IMG/VR virus record: IMGVR_UViG_3300035661_000023
Location: 1-64,000 of that record
Length of the DNA: 64,000 nucleotides
Direction: 5' to 3' (one strand)
Source: a virus
Translations under genes and position numbers: made by a program
In this document: one piece after another, positions 1 through 11,555 of the stretch
Position numbering within the stretch: position 1 is the first letter of the stretch
Layout: each line of letters starts with the position of its first letter
The notes under the pieces: model-generated
Told to the model about the DNA's origin: nothing
Seen by the model: only the letters and a program-made list of their open reading frames with translations
Database searches by the model: none

Positions 1-230
1 CAGATATAATCAGGGATAGTAATAAACTTGTCTAGTTTATTCTGTGCTGTAATCTGATGTTTGAAGTATTCCTTCTTAATGCCATCCCAATAGTATTCAC
101 GGAAGAATGAAATGGCTTCATCAATTCTGTCCTCTAGTTGCTCAGTAGCAACATCAATGTTAATTAATGGCGCACCAAGTGCTCTAAAAACATATGCCTT
201 TAATTGTTCTCTATTAGAAACTATTGCCAT
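1..230 (-). CDS. gp13: Neck protein, T4 gp13-like (5' part; runs off the window)
   Basis: Translates MAIVSNREQLKAYVFRALGAPLINIDVATEQLEDRIDEAISFFREYYWDG, which matches the gp13 N-terminus pattern (LRxLGAPVIxIxV..QxxDRIDEAL). Confidence 0.85.
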   Translation of the reverse strand, partial: MAIVSNREQLKAYVFRALGAPLINIDVATEQLEDRIDEAISFFREYYWDGIKKEYFKHQITAQNKLDKFITIPDYI

Positions 231-232
231 GT

Positions 233-682
233 TCAACCTTGATTAATCTTGTTTGATTTCTCTATTAGCAACTTTAGAGAGTAATATAAAATACCAGGGC
301 TGAATAGATATGCCTTTTCAAATCCAAGTAATTCTGCAATTATCTCTGAACAGAAGTATTTATTCTTTGTGTTGTAGATCTATGGAATTATAAATCCAAA
401 ATTTCCTAAGAGATCATATCCCATACCCACTTTGGATTGCAAATTGTTTCTAATATCTGCTTCCCATTCATCAGGTAAATCAATAAAATCCCAACGATCT
501 GGATCATATACGATATTTTTGATTCTTACCCCACCATCTATGTAAGATGAAGAACCCTACATGCCGTCCTAGAACAAGAACTCGCAGTGAGAATATGGAG
601 TTCTTGTCCACCAACGGACTACTCTAGAGTAGATACCCTCTATCCCGGGTCTCACATCTTTATAGAAAGCAGCTTGAAACAT
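233..682 (-). CDS. Permuted papain-like (NlpC/P60-related) amidase/hydrolase; contains in-frame TAGs
   Basis: MFQAAFYK...PYSHCEFLF*DGM*GSSSYIDGGVR...GYDLLG...KYFCSEIIAELLG. The His (YSH) precedes the Cys (FCSE). Ends at TGA 233-235. Missing from the ORF track because of TAGs at 569-571 and 557-559. Confidence 0.7.
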
Positions 683-712
683 GATTAGCCTCTCTATACA
701 ATTCTTCTTGAG

Positions 713-806
713 TCATTCAGAATCCTTATGACTTTCATTTGGTTCAACGGCTGAAGTACCAATATCATACCTAGGCTCCTATAGCAGTAACGAGATACTT
801 TGCCAT
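713..806 (-). pseudogene. Relic of a third Gly-rich protein/partner module
   Basis: MAKYLVTAIGA matches the KYLVTAIGG motif of the Gly-rich paralogs. It is followed by TSAVEPNESHKDSE*, which resembles the partner protein C-terminus TAPVQPNEIPRGI*. Confidence 0.55.
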
Positions 807-808
807 TA

Positions 809-1216
809 TTAACCCTTGTAGACTTCATCGAGTTGGATAGCAGAGTCCAGAATGATCAGAGCACGACCTACAGCCAATAGACCAAGACTTTCCAGTGCCA
901 TAACACCTGCCCTAGTATCTTCTCTGTCTAGATCAATGAATGTAGCTGCCATGATCTTTTCTTTGTAGCGACGTATTGCTGCAGTGTTCACGGTTGAACC
1001 AATAGAAGCCAGATCAAGAGCAATAGCCTCACCATCGGAGAATCTATTCATGAAAGCCAGTTTAGTGATATTTCTATGTTCTGGCTATTGCACGACTACT
1101 GCTGCTTCAATAACTTCTCTGTAATTTCCGCTAGGGAAATTATCTGTCATATACATATGATCTGCTACAATATTGTTATGTACAGATCCATCTGGATTTA
1201 AAATTTCAAAAATCAT
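809..1216 (-). CDS. Tail-fibre-associated small protein (putative assembly chaperone), paralog B
   Basis: MIFEILNPDGSVHNNIVAD...Q*PEHRNITKLAFMNRFSDGEAIALDLAS. 135 aa with 1 TAG. Same length as, and clearly paralogous to, 3155..3562. Confidence 0.7.
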
Positions 1217-1230
1217 GTTCAGTTCCCAAT

Positions 1231-2091
1231 TCAGAAAACAAATTCAATAATAACACCACCATCACCACCTTTGCCAGAAGCTGCATTATCACCCGATGGT
1301 CCGCCACCACCACCAAAATTTCCACCATAGCCACCACTCTGTGTATTCTGTGCATCATATCCACCACCGGCAAACAGACCTCCATGGCCGCCGTTGCCGG
1401 CCTGGTAGCCGCCTCCAGCTCCTGGCCCGCCAGCCGCAGAAAAAGAGTCAGATGCCCCAGATTTTCCCCCCGAGCCCATGGGACATAACAGTCGTCCTAA
1501 AAATGTGTTAGTGTTTATTAAACCAGATATTGCAGACCCCCCGGCATAGCCAATACTTATTGATAATGCTGATTCTCCTACTCCAGCGCCATAGCGTGCT
1601 GTACTTGGCGCTGGAGTAGTCCCGTATACACCGACCGCACCTCCACCGGAACTGTTAGCATTACCTGCGCTGCCCCCTTGCACATTCATTGTGTTGCCAC
1701 CCTAAGCGGTACCCCCTGCGCTTGCCCCTGATGCTGCACCGCCTGCTCCCCCGTTCGATGTGAGAGTCGTATAACCTGGTATTGTCACAGTAGTTGTTCC
1801 GCCGGCGTTGCCAGGCACTGGGGCACCTGCCACATATGCCCCGCCTGCCCCAACGGTAAAACTTATTACATCACCTGCTTTTAGTGCACAAATAGATTGC
1901 GCGAGCCCACCCGCGCCCCCACCGCGGCACAAGTTTGTGCCAGATCCACCACTACCACCACCGCCGATAGCAGTAACCAGATATTTTCCGTCCATTGGAA
2001 CAGTAAACTAACCAGATGTATTTGTGGCTCGCATCTGCAAGAACTAGCCAGCAGATGATGTTGATGAGAAGAATTGAGTTAAAGTGCTCAT
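1231..2091 (-). CDS. Glycine-rich tail-fibre/adhesin-like protein B
   Basis: MSTLTQFF...TSG*FTVPMDGKYLVTAIGGGG...GGTA*GGN...GGDGGVIIEFVF. Joins track ORFs 1702..1995 and 1231..1689 through TAGs. Polyglycine motifs throughout. Confidence 0.75.
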
Positions 2092-2125
2092 CTTATTTCT
2101 TATCCTATTTGTTTGAACTATAATG

Positions 2126-2133
2126 TATTTATA
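2126..2133 (-). promoter_or_regulatory. T4-type late promoter TATAAATA
   Basis: Exact TATAAATA on the minus strand about 35 nt upstream of the ATG at 2091. The gp33 co-activator is encoded in this window. Confidence 0.7.
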
Positions 2134-2138
2134 TGGGT

Positions 2139-2180
2139 GTCAAGAGAGAAAATACATAACTAAAGATTATGTATTTTCAT
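2139..2180. repeat. Dispersed palindromic element, copy 1
   Basis: gtcaagagaGAAAATACATAA ctaaaga TTATGTATTTTCat, a 12-bp stem. Related copies at 23751, 33674 and 47101. Confidence 0.75.
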
Positions 2181-2186
2181 TCTTAA

Positions 2187-3155
2187 TCAAAGAGTGTAAG
2201 CCATCCACTCGATAATGATACCACCATTGCCACCATTGCCACCTGCGGTATTGTTTTGGTTTGGGAATGATCCCTATCCACCCCCGCCCCCACCAAAAGC
2301 TCCACCGGAACCGGCACCGCCATTATAATTAATCTAAAAAGAACCCCCACCACCACCAGCAAACATCCCACCGTGCTGACCATAAACATCACTGTAAGTT
2401 TTGTAACTTTGTTGTCCACCTACTCCGGCACCACTCTAACTTCCTGTAGAAGTATATCCAGTAGGCTGTAAAATTCTGTTCGAGAAGATTGGTACAACAC
2501 CAGTTATAGTAGGTGTCAGTTGGCCAAAATTATACCTGTACAGGCCCCCTTCTGTGATATCAGACCCAGAAAGTTCCATTGCATTCATAAAACATGTCAA
2601 CTATGGATTCCCAGATGTGCCCGCGCCGCAGCCCGCGCCGGCATTTTGTGCATCACACACCTTGCCGTACACACCTACTGCTCCACCTCCCCCGCCAGCC
2701 AAATATCCTTGGCTGGCCATATACCCATTAGAACCGCGTCCGCCATTGATATTCATTACATTTCCGCCTGCTCCAGTACCACCAGATCCACCAGTACCAC
2801 CTAGTCCCGGGTTTAACCCTGCTCCCAAGCCACCCATTATCCCGCCATTAGCAGTAAGAATTCCGCTGCCATTAAGAGAAATCGTGGTATTGCCGCCATT
2901 TGAATCGAATGCACCAGCACCACAGATATATGTTAGAACATCACCAACTTCTAGTGTGATCAGGCTTTGTGCTAACCCACCTGCCCCGCCGCCACCTCCT
3001 CCATATTTTCCCCCACCCCCACCAGCGCCAATAGCAGTGATTAAGTATTTCGTTCTAATCCTTGCAGTAAATGTGCCAGAGAAAGTACTTGCATGAAACT
3101 GATATAGTCCTGTTGCACCAGAACCGCTGCCAAAAAATTGCTATACATTACTCAT
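2187..3155 (-). CDS. Glycine-rich tail-fibre/adhesin-like protein A
   Basis: MSNV*QFFGSGSG...KYLITAIGAGGGGG...GGAVGVYG...GGNGGIIIEWMAYTL. 322 aa once TAGs are read through. Paralog of 1231..2091. Confidence 0.75.
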
Positions 3156-3562
3156 CAGATACCTCTTGGAATTTCATTTGGTTGCACCGGAGCAGTCAGA
3201 ATCTGTGCCGCTCTACCCTGAGCAATAATACCCATCTGCTCTAGAGCATTCACACCAGAGATCGTTTCTTCTAGTGCCAGGTCAATATATGGAGCTGCAT
3301 TGACCTTCTATTGGAACCTGCGAAGTGATGCAGCAAGAATACTAGTGCCTTGAGAAGCGATGTCTAGAGCAATAGCTTCTGCATCTGTGAGACGATGCAG
3401 AAAAGCAAGTCTAGTCACTCTCATTGGCTCTGGCATCAAGTTCTTAACTTCAGGAATATCAAGAGCACGATACGTACCATGCTCAAAGTTCTATAACATG
3501 AATTCATTCTAGGCAGTGATTGTATTGATCACCTGTCCGTCTTTTAGAATTTCATAAATCAT
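3155..3562 (-). CDS. Tail-fibre-associated small protein (putative assembly chaperone), paralog A
   Basis: MIYEILKDGQVINTITA*NEFML*NF...VTRLAFLHRLTDAEAIALDIAS...ILTAPVQPNEIPRGI. 3 TAGs. TGATG overlap with the next gene. Confidence 0.7.
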
Positions 3563-3578
3563 TTGTTCTCCGATTACA

Positions 3579-5459
3579 TTAAGATATGGTCCAGCCGATG
3601 CCTTGATCCATGTAAGTGAATGTCAGCGTACTGTTATTGTAGTCGATGTTACAGTTCTCAGACAGAGACATGATATTCTGACCGTTGCGCATGACTGTAC
3701 ATGACTATGTCGCATGTTTGTATATAACAACCTTGTCCCCGGGAACTGGATTCGCCGGCAAGAATACATTGTTACCAGCCCACATGATACAGCAATCATT
3801 TGCCATGGCATATAAAGGAGTCCCAGCAGAACTACCCCCATTAACTACTCGCTGACCACCGATAGAAGTCCAGTCACCCCATACAGTACCTTCTGCAACT
3901 CGCAGGTACATTCTACTAGCATTACCAGCAGATAACTCCACTGCCAATTGAGCTGCATATCCAGTATTGTCATGGTAAAATACCAAAATGTGCCAATAAC
4001 CAGCCAGAGTGATTGCTGTACCAGTAGCATTATGCAAACCGTTTCCATCATTAGTATAGAAACCAGCCTCGAGTGTAGTAGACTGAAAGAATGCAGCAGT
4101 GTGCGGTGTGTCCTCAAAGATGGGAGTCCGTAACAGAGCACGAGCAGAAGCGACATCACTAATGCCGAACAGTGATTTACCTACAGTAGAACCGCCCAAA
4201 TTGGTCAATGCCTGAGAAGAAGTAGTCGCTGCAGTGCCACCCTATGTAATAGGAAGTGCAGTCATAAGTGACAGACTAGAAAGAGTACCAGCGCCCGCCG
4301 TGATCTATCCATTGTTACCGAATGAATGAGTAACACCTGAACCGTCAGCAGTAAGAATCTCTACTCTGTTATCTGCTACAACTTTTCTAACTTCTCTACC
4401 ACCCAACTTGAGCGCACCGGAGTATAGTACGGAACCAGAATCACCTTTAAAATCTGGCACACCAGTTAGATCAATATTAATCTTCTCTGAACCGGACAGT
4501 TTGATAGAAATTGGCTTATAAGCACCAGAGCCAAACTTACCAGATTCAATCACTGTTGCTTCTGCATCAACACCAACATTCACAAAACTTGTATTAGCAA
4601 TATCAGAACTTGAATAAGAAATTAGACCCGATGCAGTACCGCCACCATTTGGTGCAATACCAAGCTGCGCATTAGAATCTGCAGCAGAAGAAGTGATCAG
4701 GAATCTCTTAGTATGATCTGCATTACTCAAGTCGGCAATGATTTTTCTATTGTCACCAACGAATTCGTACGATCCATTGTGAGTAACATCTACATCACCT
4801 AGAGAAACAAGTCTCTGTGTTACATTGATAATCTCTGTGTAACCGGTTACTATCTTTGCAGTCAGTGTTCTTGCGGGTGTGAACTTAGTAAAGTCGCCTG
4901 ATTCCAACAGCGTGATCTCAAATGCTATGTGATCATATATTGCAGAGCCAGTTGGTACACAGAAGATTCTGATATTACCGGTTGGAGTAGTCCAAACTTC
5001 AAACTGGAGACTTTGTGGTAACTCATTTGACTCGTGGCTAGTCCAGTGGAATACAGTGATTGCAGAACCAGTGGTGGCTTGGAAATAGATCTTCCCTTTG
5101 CCTTCAAGTGTAGTAGTGCTCTACTTCTGCAACTGCGCGGAGATATCAAATATCGCCTTCTCACCATCATTTCCTCGTCCATAATCACCAATGAGAACAC
5201 CAGCAGTGGGCACAATACCGGAATATGCAATTGCATACTTTTTGATTCTACCTCCAGCTAAGTAGATATCATTCATGCGAACGATATCACTGAACACTGG
5301 GTTGGCAGCACTCGCTTTGGTGTTGATTTCCTCATTCAATGCCCAAAGGTTATAATCGCCTTCTGCATTGGTAAGAGGAGAACCTTTGATGGCAGAATCC
5401 TATATTACTGCCTATGGAATACCTGGGGTTGCTGTCTGTCTGTAGAATATATTTGCCAT
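3579..5459 (-). CDS. Tail fibre protein (626 aa)
   Basis: N-terminal KGSPLTNAEGDYNL motif, central LPIT*GGTAATTSSQALTNLG motif, C-terminal LPANPVPGD...RNGQNI...GW domain. Joins three in-frame track ORFs via TAG and ends in TAA. Confidence 0.75.
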
Positions 5460-5474
5460 TGTTTGGAGTCCTGA

Positions 5475-5663
5475 TTATCGGCTAGACAATAATTGCAGAA
5501 TCTTGTCTAGCTTATCCTCAAGATTTGCTAGTCGCTGCTCTGTCTCTTTTTCCTTCAAGTATTTATTAAGACCTTCTTGATCTTTCACTATTATGCTACC
5601 ATTAGGAGATTTGTAGACCCCGGACAGAGGTCTACCAGATGTATCAACTACTTGCTTGAGCAT
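5475..5663 (-). CDS. Small coiled-coil protein that typically follows the VrlC-like gene
   Basis: Track ORF with C-terminal RLANLEDKLDKILQLL. Confidence 0.6.
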   Translation of the reverse strand: MLKQVVDTSGRPLSGVYKSPNGSIIVKDQEGLNKYLKEKETEQRLANLEDKLDKILQLLSSR

Positions 5664-8155
5664 CAGATAACAGCAATAACTCTGTAATTCTTGATCACAG
5701 GTGACATGTTCTTGTACTTAGAACTCATCACACACTTCAGATTGTAGGTATCAAATCCTGGTAGATCGTACAGATAGAATTCATAGTCGAATAAGTCACC
5801 AAATGAAGTAGATTTATTTCTAGCGACATCGCAGTTCAACTTCTTCCATTGCAGTTCTGAATGCGTACTGGTGTCATTAGACATACTAGTTCTGACATAC
5901 CATTCAACAGATGTGTCAGGAGTAGAAGCCATGAATGAAATTACCTTGATACCAGTAGAGAGAGTCTCTAGCTTGATTTCTTTAGTTATGTACTTAGCAA
6001 GTGCATAACCATTGTTTGGTAACAACTCTGAGTTCACCTTATCGATGACTGCTGCAGCGGTTGCAGTCTGACCAGAGCCGCCCGGGGCAGCAATAACAAT
6101 TGTTGGAGTTCTAGTGTAACCTGATCCACCGGAGACAGTCAAGCCGGTAACACTGCCACCTGCTACAGTAGCAATAGCAGTTGCCGTAACAATGTTCTCT
6201 TTATTTGGCTCATCCTCTGCTGGCACAATAGTTACAACAGGAACACCAGAGTAACCTGTACCACCAAACAATTGTGTGAAACCAGTAACTGAACTAGAAG
6301 CAACAGTAGAGTTTACATCTTCAATGAATGCTTGATTGTTGATAGCATTTGCATAAGAAGTAACAGTTGCACCGTTTCTCAGATCAAGAACCGGTGATAC
6401 ATTGCTAGCAGAAGTAGTAAGTGCTATATTCAACTTGAATGAAGAATCTGTCTCACCATTGTTAACAGAAGTAGCTCTATTTGCGATTATAGATTCATAT
6501 AGTGCAAAGTTAGCAGCATATAGATCAGTGGGCATATCTCCACCGGTGTACTGGTAATTTGTGTCCAGAAGTTTGTGTGATGCTCTCAGTGCGGTACCAA
6601 CAGGTGTAGCAAATTCAAGATTTGGCACAAATAGACTGATCGGCTTGTTGATACTCACATTAAACCATGCCTCAGAATAAGCAGTTACAATACCTGGCCA
6701 TGTACCAGCATCTACTTGTACATTTGTCGTATAACCGGATCCAGGATTAGTAACAGTTGCACCAACGAATCTTGGACCTGAGCCAAACTATGTAGCTGTG
6801 TTAACAGAAGCGGTAGCAGCAGTTCCACCAGCAGGTGCAGGAATTGTTACACCAGTAGGGACAGGGCTATCTGCATTCTGATTCTCAAATACTACATGAG
6901 TTATCACACCACAAGAATTTATCGAGCCCGTAGAAGTAGCAGTAAATCCTGCACCAGAACCCGCCAATTCAAATTCAATTGAATAGTCATCAACAATTCT
7001 GGTAATACCGAAAGAACCTGCCAGATTAGCACCAACGATGCCATTATAATATGCATTGGCATGAATGGAGATAGGATTAATGACAATGCGTTCTTTGTTA
7101 TCGAATAGAGTGTAGCCGTGCTGCTCGAAAGAGCGATAAACGACTTTATTACTTCCAGTAGTAGTAAAGAACTGAGTACCTTTAACCCAACGGTTAGCAG
7201 AGTCACCACCCAGAGTCACAGTAGCAGAATCAGATGTGAAATCTGCAATATTCATGCGGAACTTCATATCTTCAAACTGATCTGTGGTCCATGTGGATTC
7301 GTTCTGGCTCTTGAACAAAGAACCAACATACGGCTGTTCGAAGATGGTTTTCTTAGTCTCATTGGACTTTTCACCCATCTTAGATGCCCAGATCTGGTAA
7401 GTATTACAGTTCTACTTTACGACAAAACAGAATTCCTTGTCTTGTGGCAGGTAAATTGGGACAGGGAATGTGAATTTAGTAGGGACCGATGCATCATTAG
7501 ACACAAGAACTTGATTAGGGTACAATGTCACATTTGCATCTTCTGATACTAACTTTTGAGTAGGGTACCCGTTCAGCATTTCTCTCAGATCAACCGAGAC
7601 TGGAAACGTCTGATCCTTTGTATAGAAATATATCTCAATACTTGTAACAAACACACCACCTTGCTTCCCATACGTAAAGAAGGACTGTGCCAATGGGTCT
7701 ACTCCAGCCCTAGGTGGTGGGGGAGCGACAGTATCAATATCGAGCAGAGAGATAGTCTTTCTGAATACCTGTAGAGTACCTTGAGCAACAAATGTTGCAT
7801 CCAGTTCACCGAGTGTGTTGCCGTCTACTGCAAGATCAGCAATCTCTGATGCTTCTGTAGCAATAATATCCAAGTCACCTGCCTTAAATTTACCACCTTC
7901 AATATTGATGATAAAATCTACATCACCGTTTGTAGACACAACAACCGGTTCACCCATGTTTTTATAATCAGAAGCAGAGTTCCAGTTCCGAGATTCAACG
8001 CGGTGATCATACTTCACACCATCTAAGAAAATATGAAGAACCGTATTAGGTCTTGCATCCTTGTAAGTGCAAGTAACCTTTTGTGCACGAATATAGACCA
8101 GAGGTTCTGATCCAAGCAGTTTCGTTACTGCATATCTTCTAGAAATTGTTGCCAT
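5663..8155 (-). CDS. VrlC/DUF4815-like virion structural protein, C-terminal half
   Basis: Motifs DPLAQSFF, GVFVTSIEIYF, FTFPVPIYL..EFCFVVK*N, QPYVGSLFKSQN.STWT.DQ.EDMKF and AKYITK. Three track ORFs in frame via TAG. Confidence 0.8.
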
Positions 8156-8163
8156 AATTTATC

Positions 8164-11100
8164 TTATCTCAAATTTAAGCCGTTGCGGATGTACTGTTGG
8201 ATGCTAGGGTATTCCCACGTAGAAAGTGCTCTAGTCTTTGAATCCCAGCCCATGATCGTGTCTATACTGATCTCTGAAGGCCCAGAGTAATATGCACTTC
8301 CGAGTGTGTTTGGTAGTTCATATTTAACCCCAGTGTATGGGAGTTCGGGAATGTTGTACGGTTCAGCGAGTACTGGCGGAATAGCCGCTGGTTGTGTAGT
8401 CCATGCCCATGCATTTCTTCTCAGAGTAATCTCTGGTAGGAACAATGTCTCAACCCAGTAATCTTGCTTAGGTGACAGTGTAAGAGAACCAGAGAAATCA
8501 ACAACGTTGAACGGATTCACATTAACAATTTTGGATGAATATTGAGACTTCGCAAAATTCTACTCAATATAGTTAAGAGTTACAAACCCACCATCATTCA
8601 CCTTCACGTTGGTAGTTTCTGTAGCAGGAACATACAACTGAAGATTGATCTACTCATTTTCCAGACGGCAGTAGATTCCATCCTGTGGAGAAGTAGAGGC
8701 AGAATAACCTGTGGCTAGAACATCTGCGATCTCAAATGGATCTTGCACATTTTCTACTAGGTACCCAGTCTTGTATTTCTCCAGACCTGTCTTAGCATCA
8801 ATAACCTTAGTCTGAAGCAATTGTGTCTCTGCTACCGATAGAGTAGCAAATTCTTCCACCTTATCGATTCGTTCTTCAATATTGGAAATTGCTTCCATTG
8901 TATAAGTGTTTACAGCCACACGATAAGAATTAATATCGTTAATGGAATACAGATATGGAGGAAGGTCGTATCTGTCTAACACATAAGCATCTTCTGGTAC
9001 TGCAGGAACTCTAGGTGCTTTACCTGGGTTGCCTTCTTGTACAAAGATCTCGCCGGATTTATCTACACAGACGAGATCAATCCTACCAAGATAATAAGTA
9101 ACACTTGTATCGATTGAAGAACCAGAAACAACAGGATTCGAATTCACACCGGTACGAAGATCCAAACAATCTCTCATGGAGATAGGAGAACCATTTGCAG
9201 GAGTGTAAGATTCAATATAATGATTTGGTATACCGGCATATGAATCTGCACTGAAGAAACTAGATGTTCCAGAGTGTTGCAGGTAAACATACTTGATCTT
9301 GATATCCTGACCTGCTGGTAGTGAAGAGATACCGGGCCGCAATTCAAGATATGAGTTCAGATATGCAAACTCTGTGGTGTTTCTCGAGAATCTGAAGTCA
9401 TTGATTCGCTCAATGCCGCCGATTACAACACTCTACACAAAGACAACATCATAATTGGGCAGTGTAATTTTTCTCTGCCCCAATGTAGAAGTTGACATGA
9501 ACGGGGTATCAGAAACTTCTTGCACTGTTTTTGTCTTTGCGGCAGCTGCTGATTTTCTTACTTGAACAAAGCAGATGTAGCCAGCAGTATTAGGTCCGGT
9601 GATAGATGTTCCACCACTAGAAACACTGAATCCTGCAATAGACACAGGAAGACCTGCCAGGCTGTATACTGTAAAGATACCTGTGTCTACACCAACGACT
9701 GTACCAGAACTCACTGTACCAGAAACAGATGAACCAGAGTTGATCGTCAATCTTTCCCATGTGGTTATATCCATATCTGGTAGATTGTTAGAATCCTTCA
9801 GTGTCTAGACACCATTTCTACCTAGATACTGAATAAGGTTATCAGCACCATCAGAGAACAAGCAACCGATAGAAAGAATCTTTGCGCCTGCTGCAGGCGA
9901 TGTGGTAGCAATAATCTATCCTGGCTGTGGCATCTACGCACCTGGGGTATTTCCAGATTTGAACACAAATAGCATGTTAGTGGACTGTTCATATCCACTA
10001 ATAGAGAACTCTGTGCCATTGATAGCAGTCACTGCAGAGATTGATGCCCAGTTGCTAGTGGAATCAACTTGTGTCTCATGAACCATAGCACCAAACGTTG
10101 TGCTAGTACCAACAATTCTTGCACATGTTGACAGAGAAGAGTACCCATTTGCATAGGCGAAATCATAGAAGTAAACTTTATCTACTCTTCTTTCTCCCCA
10201 TGAAGAACCTGCATAGAAATCTACCGTCAAGAACTTAGCAGTAGCTACAACATTACCACCTGCGGAAGCAGTGTCATAGAATGTAATCGTTCCGCCTGGA
10301 GCAGGTAACTGACTCGCATTAGTAACATTCACCAGAACATATGAACCATACGCAATTCTTTTTGTCAGTCGCTCTGGTGCACCACTAGTTCTAGGTTTGT
10401 CTACTACTACATAGTTTGGAACAAGTGTTTCTACACCGAAGCCGTAAATGTATGCTTTACCCTGAGTAACATTGTATACTAATTTCTGTTCAAAACTAGC
10501 TTCTTCTGAGGGAGATGTAGCAGTAAACTTGCCGCTGTTGTTACCCGCGCGCAGATATTCCTGTGCATAACCTTTCAACCCATCTACTACATAATTACCT
10601 GATTCTTCATATGTGCGCTTGGCGAATGATTTCTCGAGTTCGTTGTACTTCGGGAAACGAGCATGTTCTTCCAACACACCTTCGTTGTATCTCATCAGTT
10701 CAACATACTCATCTGTGATAGCAGCATCGAGTGGGAGCGAGATCAAGTCGATCTCAATCTTGACTCTGTCCGCGCCTGGCGCAGTGTAGTTATAACTACC
10801 CTGAGATGGATCTAACAGTGTCTCATCATCTGTATATTCTACAAGAGATTCTGTGATCTTGAACAGAACATGTGCAGAAGGAGAAACAGTGTATCTGGAG
10901 ATAGTTACTGTCTGCTTCGGTGTGCTAACGAATGTGCCATTGATGTAATACACACCAGCATTCACGAAAGCAAGTGAGCCAAGACCAACAGGTGAAGGTT
11001 CACCGGAAATTAGATTCAAATCATTAATCAATGCTCTCTGTGAAATGTCAGTTTTCACATACACTTCTTCATCTGGCAAGAATTTGCTAGTAGCAAGAGT

Positions 11101-11508
11101 ATTTCCGCTCTGAGTGTAGATACCAGATTTTGTATAAGCGAGATAGAAGGTCTTGGGTGTGCTATTGGATGATTCATTCTCAATGTGAATTATCTTAGCC
11201 TCAACACCGGATGTCACACCAACAATCGTCTTGTTAAAGAATCTGGTGTTATCAATAATTATGCCGTTGAATGATGAGCCTACGGTAATGTAATCTACAC
11301 CCAGTTGAGCAAAACTATTACCCGGAATAACAATGGAACCATGTTTAAAAATGTGGTTGCCAAACTTCTCGATCTGATTTCGCAGTATAGTCTGAAGTTG
11401 AGTCAATTCTCTGGCTTGCACAGCATAACCAGGTTTGAACATAATCTGATGATAATTCTTGAATTCATCAAAATCATCAAAGTATGGGCTGACGTTATAG
11501 TTCTTCAT
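8164..11508 (-). CDS. VrlC/DUF4815-like virion structural protein, N-terminal half
   Basis: MKNYNVSPYFDDFDEFKNYHQIMFKPGYAVQARELTQLQTILRNQIEKFG, APGADR, RTYEESGNY, YYLGRID. Fragments in frame through TAG. Ends TAA at 8164. Confidence 0.85.
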
Positions 11509-11555
11509 GTTTCTTTGTCTTTCCTAAACAATCTCTAGGAGTATTTACGGCCGAA

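Noticed and set aside
2554-3096. Pro-rich plus-strand ORFs here and at 1296, 1808, 47808-48314, 50967 and 53198-54059
   Set aside because: They are antisense shadows of Gly/Thr-rich minus-strand genes.
809-5459. Diversity-generating retroelement acting on the fibre genes
   Set aside because: No reverse transcriptase and no near-identical template/variable repeat pair with adenine-specific mismatches were seen.
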